Shown here in pieces: positions 10,901 through 21,700 of a stretch of DNA of 64,000 nucleotides. Origin of the DNA: Caecitellus pseudoparvulus (lineage: Eukaryota; Protista; Bigyra: Bicosoecida); assembly GCA_965644315.1 (NCBI GenBank), contig CBFFRQ010000038.1:124001-188000 (forward strand), read 5' to 3'. How positions within the stretch are numbered: position 1 is the first letter of the stretch; each line of letters opens with the position of its first letter. Position numbers and translations under genes: made by a program. The notes under the pieces were generated by a model. That model was not told where the DNA came from, searched no databases, and was given only the letters and a program-made list of their open reading frames with translations.

Positions 10901-12199
10901 AAGGACTCGCCTGCCGATGGGGCAGCGGGGGACAGCGTGCACACCAGGCGCGTCTTGCTATTGCCGCCCAGTGCATCTTTCAGCAGGTGCGTCAGCTTGC
11001 TCTCGCGGTACGGCACGTGGCGGACGGGCCCGCCCCCTTCGTCTGCCGTGATTCCCAGACGAGGGGAGGTGCTGCCTGCCGTGGCCTTGTCTCGCTTCGC
11101 CAGCGCGGTGATGCACTTGGACAGGGTCAGTAGGGACAAGTTGATGTGCGTCATTTCTGACGTGTGCGCAGCAGAGCCGGGCCCGGACATGTCCCAGCGC
11201 TCAGAACCAGCAAGGTCCACCAAGTTCAACTTGGACCGTGTGATGCGCGTGTCCCCGCTCACCTGCCGCTCGATTTGCAGCTGCAGGATGGCATGGGAGC
11301 GGCTGGAACTCTCGTTGTACGTCGTGGCGCGCACGGCGCGGTTGGCGGCCCCAAACGCCACCAGCCGCAGGCAGTCAGTGGCAGACGTCACAAGGTACTC
11401 GGACAGGCCTTCCACATACACGCCATCGACGTCGTGCTCGTGGATGGCCAGTGCCGGGCTGGCCGCAGTGGCCTCCTGCAGCAGGTCGTGCACCTTCTCG
11501 TTGTAGATCTGCAGGAAGCTGCAGTACACGGTGTACTGCACGCCAGCCTCCCCCTCCCCCTCCGTGGACTTGCTGGAGAGCTGTGCGAACAGGTCCTGCA
11601 CGGCACGAGGCACGACGCCCTGAGCCGCCGCCAACGCAGCAGTCTCCTCTGCGCCCATGCTGCTGCTGCCCCGTGCCAGGGCAATGGCGGCAGAGATGGT
11701 GCTCTTGCCCGTGTCACCACCTGGACCAAAGAGTGTGTACGTCTTGCCACTGGACGTCTGCCCATACGCGAGGCTGCGAGGCGCGCAGCAGGGACGTGAC
11801 CGGGGCCGTGCAGAAGGTCACACTGCGACGTGCACGCACATGGTGGCATTTCGCCCCTGCACGGCATGCTGCACACAGTCTTGCAGGGCGCCATACACGG
11901 TTTCCTGGCTGGTCTGTCCTTCGAACGCCTGGTGCACCCTGCACTCTGCTTGCTGCTTCTCCGACCGCAGGTGCACAGTCTGCGCAGGCTTCCAGCGTGG
12001 CGCTGCAGGCGAAACGGCAGCTGGCGTTTTGGACCGTCGCCCGACGCACCTTGCCGCCTTCCACGTACACCGCTTGAGGGGCCCCCGCTTCCCTGGGCAG
12101 CAGTGGCCTCACGCGGACAAGGACTTTGATGGATTCATCGTCTCCTGGCGTGGGCTGCAGAGCAGGGGGCACGGCGCCGGCTTCGGGCCCAGCCGCCAT
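7963..12199 (-). CDS. Kinesin motor protein with N-terminal motor domain; spliced
   Basis: IKVLVRVRP near 12120, P-loop YGQTSSGKT near 11745, SFLQIYNE, NESSSRSHA, LVDLAGSE and HVPYRESKLT, followed by a coiled-coil/low-complexity tail. Short GT-AG introns in the 5' part. Confidence 0.93.
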
Positions 12200-12641
12200 G
12201 CCGAGCGAAACGCAGGCCTTCCGTTGGCAAGTAGCACACTGCAGCGGGGGCAAGGGAGGGTGCGCAGAGAGGGGCACTGCGCCGCTATTCAGCATGCCCT
12301 GTTCTTGCGGCTGCTGTGCATTTCGCTTTGACCTGATGCTGCGATCTGCGCTTCCAACTCGCCGGCCCTTGCTCGCCAGCGCGTGCACTCCCTGCCACAC
12401 GCCAAAGTCGCGGCACCTGAACCTGCACGCTCCGAGGAACGCCACCCCGCCCCTGAACGAGCCCACACCTGAGCAACTCCCTCTTGGCCCTCTGTGCCAC
12501 TGACCCCCGTCTGGCCATGGGCTGTGCGGCGTCCTCGGCCCAGGTGGAGCCTGGCGGTGCACCCGATACCCACAAACCACAGGGTGGTGCACAGCCCTCC
12601 ACAAGTGCGGCCCGCAGCGCAGACCCTGCACGGCGCGCTCC

Positions 12642-14144
12642 ATGCTGCACCCTGCCCTCTTGACTTCCTGTGCAGGTGCCCCTGGCCCACTCAAGGCAGA
12701 CGAAGTGGGGGAGGCAAGCCATACCGGTGCTCGTGAGTCGTCGCAGTGCGACACGCATCACGTGCTCTGTCCACCCGTCACTCGGCCTGCCCCCACAGCG
12801 GATTCACACTACGCCAGCGCCCATGTCCTAGAAGATGAGCATGTTGAAGGCCTGCCTGCGCTGCTGACCGTCTCCCTCGTGGAGCGTGGCAGCCTGAAGC
12901 ACCCGGGGCAGGTCGCAGCTCGGCTGGTGGAGATCGAGGGCAAGGCAGTGCTTGTGCTGGGCGTGACGCAGGGCAGCAAGGTGGCCCTGTTCACCCTGGT
13001 GACAGACCCCACTGGTCGGTGGACCCTGCACCCCCTGGGCGTCCTGGGGGAGGCAGTGGCGGATGTGTCGGAGGAGGCGGAGCCCATCGTGCCCCGGCAC
13101 GCCGGCGCCGTGCACTCCGTCGCCTTCGCGCAGTGGCTGGAGTACGACGAGGAGGAGGAGGACGCCGAGGCGCAGCTCACGTGGGGCCTGCTCACCGCCG
13201 GGGAGGATGGCAGTGTCCGCTCCTGGTCCCTCATCGACAGCCAGGAGCTGGAGTGCATCGGCGGCCCCCACTCCGCCGACGACGAGGACGTCCACGAGGG
13301 GCCGGTGCTGACCACCGTCAGGGTGCCCTTCACGTCGCCGGCGGGGGACGTCAAGTGCGGGCACTGGTCTGCCGGCGCAGATGGCACGTTGCGTGCATGG
13401 AACTTGTCCGACGGCTTCCAGACCCGGGACATGACCCTGACAGTGCCAGGCACACCCACCAGCATGGCAGCCATTGAAGTGCTGCACCCGTCAGAGGAGG
13501 CAGCTGGGCCTGCTGGGGACGCTGATCCGGCCATGCTCACCATCGTGGCCACGGGGACCGACGCGGGGGCCGTGGAGCTGCGGAATTTCGCCGAAGCCTC
13601 GGTGCACGCCACCATCCCCGCATCCGCCACGCCTGGCCCTGTGCGGCAGGTGGTGGGTGTGTGGTGGGCGAGAGGCGGTGAAGTGACCCAGCACCAGTCC
13701 ACACCCCGTGGGCAGCAGTTCGTGTGCGACCGGGGCTTTGCCGTGCTGTGCGAGGGCAGCTGCGACGTGCTCATCTACAGCCCCGCCGAGGAGCGGGAGG
13801 TGGCTCGGCTGCGAGGGCACACGCGCCCCGTTGTGGGCGCTGCCATGGTGTACCCGCCCGCCCCCACGCTGTCTGAGGAGGCGGCCATGTGGGGGGCAGA
13901 CCTCGCCTCCCCCGCCACGGCGCAGCAGTCCCGCCTGGTCACGCTGGACGCTGGTGGGCAGCTGCGCCTCTTTGACGTGGCCACGGGGGAGTGTGACCGT
14001 GTGGGCATCATTTCCCCCGCCATCGCGCCGCCTCCAGGGGAGCGGGAGCCCTTTCTCGCGCTGGCTGCAGGCGCCATGCCGGGCGGCGGCTTCGCGCTCT
14101 TTGCTGCGCAGGCCTCAAATGTGCACCTGCTCACACTGGAGTAG
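12642..14144 (+). CDS. WD40-repeat-like protein; 5' end uncertain
   Basis: WD-type repeats: HAGAVHSVAF...LLTAGEDGSVRSW, HEGPV...SAGADGTLRAWNL and LRGHTRPV...LVTLDAGGQLRLFD. Confidence 0.75.
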   Translation: MLHPALLTSCAGAPGPLKADEVGEASHTGARESSQCDTHHVLCPPVTRPAPTADSHYASAHVLEDEHVEGLPALLTVSLVERGSLKHPGQVAARLVEIEGKAVLVLGVTQGSKVALFTLVTDPTGRWTLHPLGVLGEAVADVSEEAEPIVPRHAGAVHSVAFAQWLEYDEEEEDAEAQLTWGLLTAGEDGSVRSWSLIDSQELECIGGPHSADDEDVHEGPVLTTVRVPFTSPAGDVKCGHWSAGADGTLRAWNLSDGFQTRDMTLTVPGTPTSMAAIEVLHPSEEAAGPAGDADPAMLTIVATGTDAGAVELRNFAEASVHATIPASATPGPVRQVVGVWWARGGEVTQHQSTPRGQQFVCDRGFAVLCEGSCDVLIYSPAEEREVARLRGHTRPVVGAAMVYPPAPTLSEEAAMWGADLASPATAQQSRLVTLDAGGQLRLFDVATGECDRVGIISPAIAPPPGEREPFLALAAGAMPGGGFALFAAQASNVHLLTLE

Positions 14145-14289
14145 GGAGGGGGGGGGCGCTGGGTGCACTGCACGGTCGTTAGGCTGCACATAATTCTCAC
14201 CGGCGCCAGCTGCGGCATCACCAATGTATTGTCATCTCTGAGCAGCGACGCTTGCGGGCCTTGGCGTGGTGACCGCCAGCGCCAGCAAC

Positions 14290-16575
14290 ATGGCCGCCAG
14301 GCGTGCCCTGCCCCTGGTGTACCCCAGCCAGACCAGCCCGGGGCAGCTGGAAATAGGGGATGAAGCAGCTTCAATTTTACAGGCTTTGGATGCGCCGCTC
14401 TCTGTCGTGGCCGTCGTCGGTGAGCGCAGGCCGGCAAGGCGGCCAACTGTTGCACCCGACCTCACGCCAGTGCTCCCCTCACCACTCCCCCCCCCCCGGC
14501 ACTCACAGGCCCCTACCGCTCTGGCAAGTCCTACCTCCTGAACCAACTTGCTGGCACGGAGCATTCGTTCAAGGTGGGGCATGAAGTGAAGGCGTGCACC
14601 GAGGTGAGCAGGCGGCACGGGAGAGCAGGAGCCACTGGCGTGAGCTTCACTGCCTGCCGCCGCCTCCCTGCCCACGCAGGGCATTTGGCTGTGGGGCGAG
14701 CCGCTGGAGTCCGATGTTCCGGGTGTAGGGCGAGTGTACACCATTCTGCTGGACACGGAGGGCTTGAACGCGCCCTCTGCCTCAAAGGACCACGATGCGC
14801 GCATCTTCAGCATGGCGTTGCTGCTGGCCAGCGTGCTGGTGTACAACACCCAGCACGTCATCAAGGAGGACTCCATCAGCACGCTGGGCTTCGTCACCCG
14901 CCTCACGCAGCACCTGGACATGGGCGACACGGACGTCATTGCGGCAGAGGGTGCAGCGGGGGCTTCCGCCGGGCAAGGCTTCCTGCCCAGCCTGCTGTGG
15001 CTCGTACGTGACTTCGCCCTGCAACTCAAGAGTGCCGACGGCGAAGCCACCACCCCGAACGAGTACCTGGCAGAGCACCTGGACAAGGTGCGCTCAGGGT
15101 TCACGGCAGAGGCGCTGGAGGCCAATGCCTTCCGGGCGGCCCTCAAGATGTACTTCCCGCACCGCTCCTGCGTGACGCTGCCCATCCCCTCCACAGACGA
15201 GGCCACGCTGTGCCGCCTGCAGGACGAGCCGCTGTCTGCCCTGAATCCAGCCTTCGCAGAGGGCATGCGGGGCATGCGGGCCTCCCTGCTGGGCCAGGGC
15301 CCCGACCCACTCAGCCGCATCAAGGCAGTGCAGGGTGTGCCGCTGTCAGGCCGCATGCTGGTGGCACTCCTGCAGCGGTATGTGACGGCAGCGAACTCTG
15401 GCCAAGTGCCCAGCCTGGGGGATGCTTGGAGCAGCGCTGCGCACGCGCAGTGTAAGCAGGCAGCACAGGCGGCCAAGGATGCCTTGCAGCGGGCGGCGGA
15501 CGACCTGGCGAACAGCCTGCCCCTGCCGACACATGAGTTGTACACAAGACTGCTGGACATCAGGCGGCAGGTGCTGACGCAGTACGTGCAGGCGGTGCAG
15601 GTGCTGGCTCGCTCCAGTGGCGCGCTGCTGCCGCGGCACGAGTGGGCGCCGACGGCGGAGGGTGGGCCCATGGCGCCGACCCTGTTGCCCCCCCTGCGTC
15701 CTGACGCCGCACAGCGCATGCTGCGTGCTGTGCAAGCTGCCTATGCCGGGGCTGGTGGGCAGGTCGGCCCAGAGGCGCTGGAAGTGTTCGAGACGCCCCC
15801 GCCCAGCGCGGGAGCCACGGCAGGTGCGGGCGCCGCTTCGGAGGCTGTGGAGGCAGACCCCTCCAGGCTGTGCCTGCAGTTCATGCGCCAGGTGCAGGAC
15901 GCGGTGCAAGACGCCGCATGGAGGGTGTTTCGAACCAATGTCACCGCTGCACACGCTGCTGTGCGGGCAGCTGTGAACGAGGCCCTGGCTGCGGGAGACA
16001 TGGGCCCCGCCGCGCAACGGGCAGTGAGGAGCGCAGTGCAGGGCAAGGTGGACTCCATGGTGCTGCATGCCCACCTCATGGTGCGTTTGCACGGGACGCT
16101 GGAAGACCGCGTGGCGTCCGTGCAGAAGGCGCACAGTGCAGAGGTGCAGGGCGTCACGAAGGCCGGGCAGGAGCGTGTGGCCGCCGCCATTCGCGGGCAG
16201 GCCGCTGCCCGAGCCGCCAACGCGGCACTTGCGAGCAAGGCCAGAAACCTGCAGGACAAAGCGGCTGCCCAGCAGTCCTCTGTGGGGGAGACACGCGCCG
16301 CTGCGGCAGCCCTGCGTGCACAGGCAGAAGCTGCTCGCGCCGAGGCCAAATCCCTCGCTGGGCAGGCGGAGGAGGTAGACATGACCCCGCTGGCTGAGGC
16401 AAAGGCGCGTCTGCAGCGCCTGCACGAGCAGGAGGCGGCCCTGAAAGCCCAGATAGCAGAGTTGGATGAAGGAGCACCTTGCACTGCCCCTCCACCAGCG
16501 CCGCCGCAGGTGCCCGTTTTGCGCGGCCAGTCCTCCGGCAAAATCAAGCTGCAGCTGCAAAAGCGACCACAGTGA
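14290..16575 (+). CDS. Guanylate-binding protein (GBP/atlastin family) GTPase with coiled-coil tail; spliced
   Basis: After removing two short introns: VVAVVG-PYRSGKSYLLN (G1), ACTE-GIWLW (G2), LLDTEGL (G3) and LLWLVRDF (G4). Confidence 0.9.
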
Positions 16576-16630
16576 CGCCGCAGCATGGCCCCCACACGAA
16601 CCAACATGCATTGCTCTGCTCAAACAAGGC

Positions 16631-17962
16631 TCAACGACTTTGAATGTACCGCTGCAACATGCTGGCGTCCAGCGGCTGCTCGCCGCGCTTCCGCCAGTAC
16701 TTCGCAACTTCCACACCTTCCCAGCTGCGCTCCGCGACCTGCAACATGCCGAACAGCCCCACCTCTGGGTCCACGGCCCCACCAAGCTCGTGGGACAACT
16801 TGGCCAACGCCCTCTCGGCGCAGGTCTCATCGGCGGCCGTTTCGTGCGCCTTGGCCACTCCAGCGAGCAGCGCTTCGTGGTTGATGCTGACGCGTGCCGG
16901 CGGTTCAGGCGACAGCTGCAGCGGCAGGTGCTGCGCAGGGTCGAACGCGAGCCAGTCACGCCCCACGAGCAGAGCCACAATGGCGTGCTCCCATGGGGTC
17001 AGCGGCGCCTCCCCGCTCACCGTGTCCAGGAACTGGTCCAGCTGCTGCACACTGGCGGCGCTGCTCATGAGGCAGACTGGCTGCGGCGGGGCTGAGCCTT
17101 GCAGCACGCCGGCACTGGCCACGGTAGCTCCCGGCTCCTCCCGGTGGGAAATGGGCCCACTCTCCCACCGCTGCAGGGGCACTGGCTCCACACCTGCCAT
17201 GGCAAAGGCAGCGCCCAGCCTCGGCAGCGACACGCGCGCCGTGGCGGCGATTGCCGCGGCGCAGGCAGCCGCTTCCTTCAGCTTGGCGCTGCCAGGGTGC
17301 CAGGCAGGTGGACCACCAGGCGTGAGCAGGCCCATGCCCAGTGGTGCTGCGTTGATCAGCAGGGCCCCACTGCGCTGCACCGCGTTGAGCAGGTCCAAGT
17401 CTGCAGCCAGGCTCGTATCGTACATGGTGTATCGACAGTAGGACAGGAGACTGGTCACAGGCAGGTCCATGGTGGACGCCAAACCCAGCAGGTCCTTCAA
17501 AATGCTCAGCGGGTACCCTGTGAAGCCAACCCCCTTCGCAGTTCCCTCCGCCAGCGCATCAGCCAGGGCTGGCAACGTGGCGCCGCCGAGGTCCGACAGA
17601 CCAGGCGCAAACTCCGGATCGTGCACTTGCAGCAGATCGAGAGACGGCAGCTGCAGGCGCTGCAAGCTGTCCGCAACGGACTGTTTCACGCCCTCGCGTG
17701 AGAAATCGAACATTCGCGCCGTGTCTGGGCTCTGGCGGCATGCCTTCGTGTGCACCCGCACCTTGCCGCCAAGCCCCAGCTCCCGCAGAGCCACCCCCAA
17801 GCGCTGCTCTGCCAGGCCGTTGCCGTACCATGGAGCGGAGTCGAAGATGCGTACACCAGCGTCGTACGCGCGCTGCACGATGGCGGTGGCGGTGTCCTGC
17901 GTCATGTCGGAGCCGAAAGAGCCGCCGGCAAACGATGACGTGCCCAAAGCCACTCCCTGCAT
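16631..17962 (-). CDS. Aldo/keto reductase, L-galactose/D-arabinose dehydrogenase-like
   Basis: GVRIFDSAPWYGNGLAEQRLG, TK, FDFSREGVKQSVADSLQRLQLPSLDLLQVHD and NAAPLGMGLLT..GPPAWHP. Confidence 0.88.
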   Translation of the reverse strand: MQGVALGTSSFAGGSFGSDMTQDTATAIVQRAYDAGVRIFDSAPWYGNGLAEQRLGVALRELGLGGKVRVHTKACRQSPDTARMFDFSREGVKQSVADSLQRLQLPSLDLLQVHDPEFAPGLSDLGGATLPALADALAEGTAKGVGFTGYPLSILKDLLGLASTMDLPVTSLLSYCRYTMYDTSLAADLDLLNAVQRSGALLINAAPLGMGLLTPGGPPAWHPGSAKLKEAAACAAAIAATARVSLPRLGAAFAMAGVEPVPLQRWESGPISHREEPGATVASAGVLQGSAPPQPVCLMSSAASVQQLDQFLDTVSGEAPLTPWEHAIVALLVGRDWLAFDPAQHLPLQLSPEPPARVSINHEALLAGVAKAHETAADETCAERALAKLSHELGGAVDPEVGLFGMLQVAERSWEGVEVAKYWRKRGEQPLDASMLQRYIQSR

Positions 17963-18724
17963 TGCAGCCCGTCCTGCCTCAGTGGAGCCCGCCCGCCATG
18001 CAGCACTCGTCCTGGGCACCCATGCTACTTGTGCTAGCTGAATTCCGCCTCGTGTGCTGCGCGACAGCATCCTGCCCTTCAAGAACGCGCCGCTGATTCG
18101 GTGGGGTGCGGCAAGGCCGGAAATTGATGCTCTGCACTCGAAGCACACGGAGGCGCTGTCCCTGGGGGTGCACCGTAAGCTAGTCTCTCCTTAGTGAATC
18201 CTTCACACAGACCATAGGTCAAATTATTGCACATGGCCGGCGTTGGTCGAGCTATCCGGTGTTGGGGGTACAAAAGAAGCCCGACCATACACACTGCGCT
18301 CAACACTAAAATACCGCAACCACCACGCCCCAAAGCACACCATTCCTTGCGCAATTCAAGAGCTCTTAGACATCTACCATACCAAAAAACTTTCGAAGAA
18401 CTCCTTCATCGGCTTCCGTCCCTTTTCCTCCCTGCACTCTCCGTGGCCCTGCGCCCTGTCAGGCCCTGCACCCTGTGAGGCTTTGCTGGGGGGGCTGTGG
18501 GACGCCACTCTACGTGCGTGAGGGTTAGGTGGAGCTGAAGCAACGCATTTTTAGTCTGACTTTGCAAAGTTGACTCTCAAACTGCACTGCAACGTATTCT
18601 CCAAGTGTTCTTGTTGCCTCTGAACGTGTTCTTGTTTTCGGGACTTCCAGGTGTCGTGAGATACGGGCTTATGTGCATTTCCCCCCTGGCGTTACACAGG
18701 CGTTTCGGGTACCCTCCACCTAAA

Positions 18725-21700
18725 ATGGCTTCCGTTGGCAAGAAAGGCACCACCCACACATACGTGAAGCATTTTGCAGGCATGAAATCATGTTCAGTGC
18801 CCTTTGGCGCTTTGGCTTCCCGTCGCCTTGCCCAGATTATGCTCAATTCCATGAAGAGGCCTGGTTTGAAATCGCAGAGGCTCACATCCAGAGGCAGTTT
18901 GCCTGCCACAGTCGACTTGACACAAGTCTCGAGCATGACCAGGGGCTGCAAAGTTCTATGGGACTCTCACACGCTCGATGAGGGTGTCTCAAAGGCCCGG
19001 ATTGCTGCTCTGGCGTCGTCCATCCTGTCACTGGCCGGAGAGGATGCGCTGCAGGTCACAGATGACCCTCCCGAGGACGCAAGCTACGACACAGTGCACC
19101 TCATGTCAAGCGGGGGAACATACCTACTTCCTACAGATACCTGGGATTCTATAATCTTCGCCTTGGCACAGGATGGCGGCTTCTACAAGAACGGCAGGGG
19201 CGCTAGCTACCTCGCGAGAAGGGTAGGTCGCTATCTTCGGCTCCTAAGCACTCGCCCCCACACTTTGCTTGCACTATTTGCAGGCGGTACAACAGAGACT
19301 GACAGGAAGGCACCCATGGGCTATCAAGGAGGAGTACATCCAGAGCTTCGTCGCTGCAGGCGCAAGCGCAGTCCATCGCAGAGCACAGGAGTCCTCGCGT
19401 CATCCTGTTGGTTGGACAAAGGCTCAAGTCGCACAGGAAGTTGTCAAACTCCTTGGAGTCGAAATGCTCACACTCTTGAGCGAGGGCCACAGCAGCCTCA
19501 GGGCTTTGGAACCGAGACACTGTGTATCCTTGGCCGGAGGAGCAGCGGGCCAAGCACGTGCTTCTCGCAAGTCGTCCAGGCTGCAGGCAGCCAAAGCTGA
19601 GGATTCAGACGACGCAGATATTGAACTTCCAGGGGCTAGAGAGGAAACTGTCATCGAGACTCGGCGGTTTGGGAGCTATGCAGCGCCCAGTCCAGCCACG
19701 GGGGCAGGCGGAGGCACAGAGGCAGAGGCCACTCCCCAACTAGTGGTGGAGCCCGCGACCGGAGCACACGCAGCGGCGCTCGTCAAGGCTCTGGACTTCC
19801 AGAAGTCCTACCTTTCTGACCCAAGCTCAGTTGGTGCCTTTGAAGGCGCTGGTGGAGGGCAACCGGCAGCGATCGAGGCGGTGCTGGGGGGCCGAGCAAG
19901 CCCACAGCCTCACCTCGCCCAAGTGCTTCAAAGCATCAGTACAGGGAAGCACTCGCTTATAATCTCACCTCTGGATAGCGATCAAGCGGATCTTCTCGGC
20001 TTGCTGGCTGGCACTTTGCAGGGGGTTGTCCTCCTGGCGAGCCCTTGTCCATCCCGGCATTGGGCAAAGGTGTTGCGCCTGCTTAGAAGTGGAATAGCAG
20101 CGTGCATCTTGCCCTCCGATGAAGTTGATTGCAACTGTGAGGTGGCGCGCAAGCTTGCAGTCGGAAAAGTGCCCTCATTTGGGGACTGCGTCGCCACCTG
20201 TGCGTCGGCTGGTGACATGGTCCCCAGCGATGCCGCACTCCATCCAAGCTTGACGCAAGGGGCCGTGATAGTTGTGTCCATCCCACAGGCGATGCAGTTC
20301 TTGTCGACAGCTTCATCGACACGCGAACATAGAATGCTTGCGGCACTAGTCATGAACCTGCCTGCGGGTCCTTTGCCACTCATGCAAGTCGACAGTGACC
20401 CACTGAGGCAGCTGAGCCAGGCTGCCCAAGCAGCAAGCATCCCTGTCCTCGCCACGAGCACTGTAGCTGCGCCAGGCACCGTGCCTCGCATCCTTTCGTA
20501 CCTGCACCTTGCCCCGGAGCACACTGTCATTGCCAGGCGCAGTGTCCGGACTGCAGTGCAGCTGCATGTGACACACAAGCCACTTGCCTGTGGCAGCAGC
20601 GGAGCTCGCCCAAGGTCTGCTGCAGCAGCAACGAAGCATCACTCTTTTGATGAAGTTTTAAACTTGTTAGCTCAGTTCCAGAGCTTCGAAAGGGTGCTTG
20701 TTGTGTGCCGGGACGAAGCCACGACAAACGCGCTGGACAGGCGTGTCCGCAAAGCTCTGGCTCGAAGTGACACGGAAGCCCTTGAGCCCCAAAGCTCTGG
20801 TGGGTCGCCCCAAACACAACAAGGCCTCTGCGTGAGCGTGAGCCCAACGTCTGTGGCGTTAGACATGCCGCTTCACGCGTACGATCGCGTCATTGTCCAT
20901 GACTTCCCAGGAGACCTGGCCACCCTTGCCGAGCTTGCAGCCAAGTGTGCAGTGGACGTACCTGGACACATGTACGTCTTCTTCGACAAATTCGGAGCTT
21001 CAAGGGTCAGGGCTGGCATGGAGGAAGATGGTGCAAAAGCAAGTGACCTCCTTGCCTTCAGCTTGGCCAAGAGCTGGGCAGAGCTTCACAAGGGAAGGCC
21101 AGACAGGGATGCGTGGGCTGGGCTGGCTGCTTATCTAGACTTCGGCCTGAGTACGGTTGCTCTCTTTGACAGCGACGCAACAAGCACCAGCTCAGAGGGT
21201 GGCATGGCCAGTAGCACTTGCTGCCACGTCGAGACTTCTTCACCTGTGCTGCTGGACTTTGCACGCGTGATTGAGGCCATCCGCTCGAGCCTGCAGCTCA
21301 ACCCAGACCTTGAGCTGACTCTCGGCAATGTGTTTAGCTTGGCAAGCATCGGCAAGCTCCCCAACGAAGTAGACAAGCACTGCGTTTTGGAGAACAGGGA
21401 AGCCTTGACCCGCTTGCGAGATGTGCTGGCAGCAACCAGACATGCTGGGGTGGCGCCCGTGGATGTCGTGCGCGCCGTGCGGGCTGCGTCTCATCAAGGG
21501 GCGCTCATCTTGAAGGAGCACCGGCACCATAGCCGAGTGACTCTAGCGCATGCGACTGCTCAGGCCACCGTCATCCAGGTCCGACTATCCCGTGTGGACA
21601 GGACTCCCAGGACAGACAACACAGTCTCCAGCGTCCTGCCAACACCAAAGGGAGCAAGCAGTCCTCTGCATGCCTTGCTTGTCCATCGACGGTCACTCGG

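Noticed and set aside
8020-18148. Many overlapping ORFs on alternative frames and strands
   Set aside because: Expected from high GC content; they overlap well-supported genes and carry no motifs.
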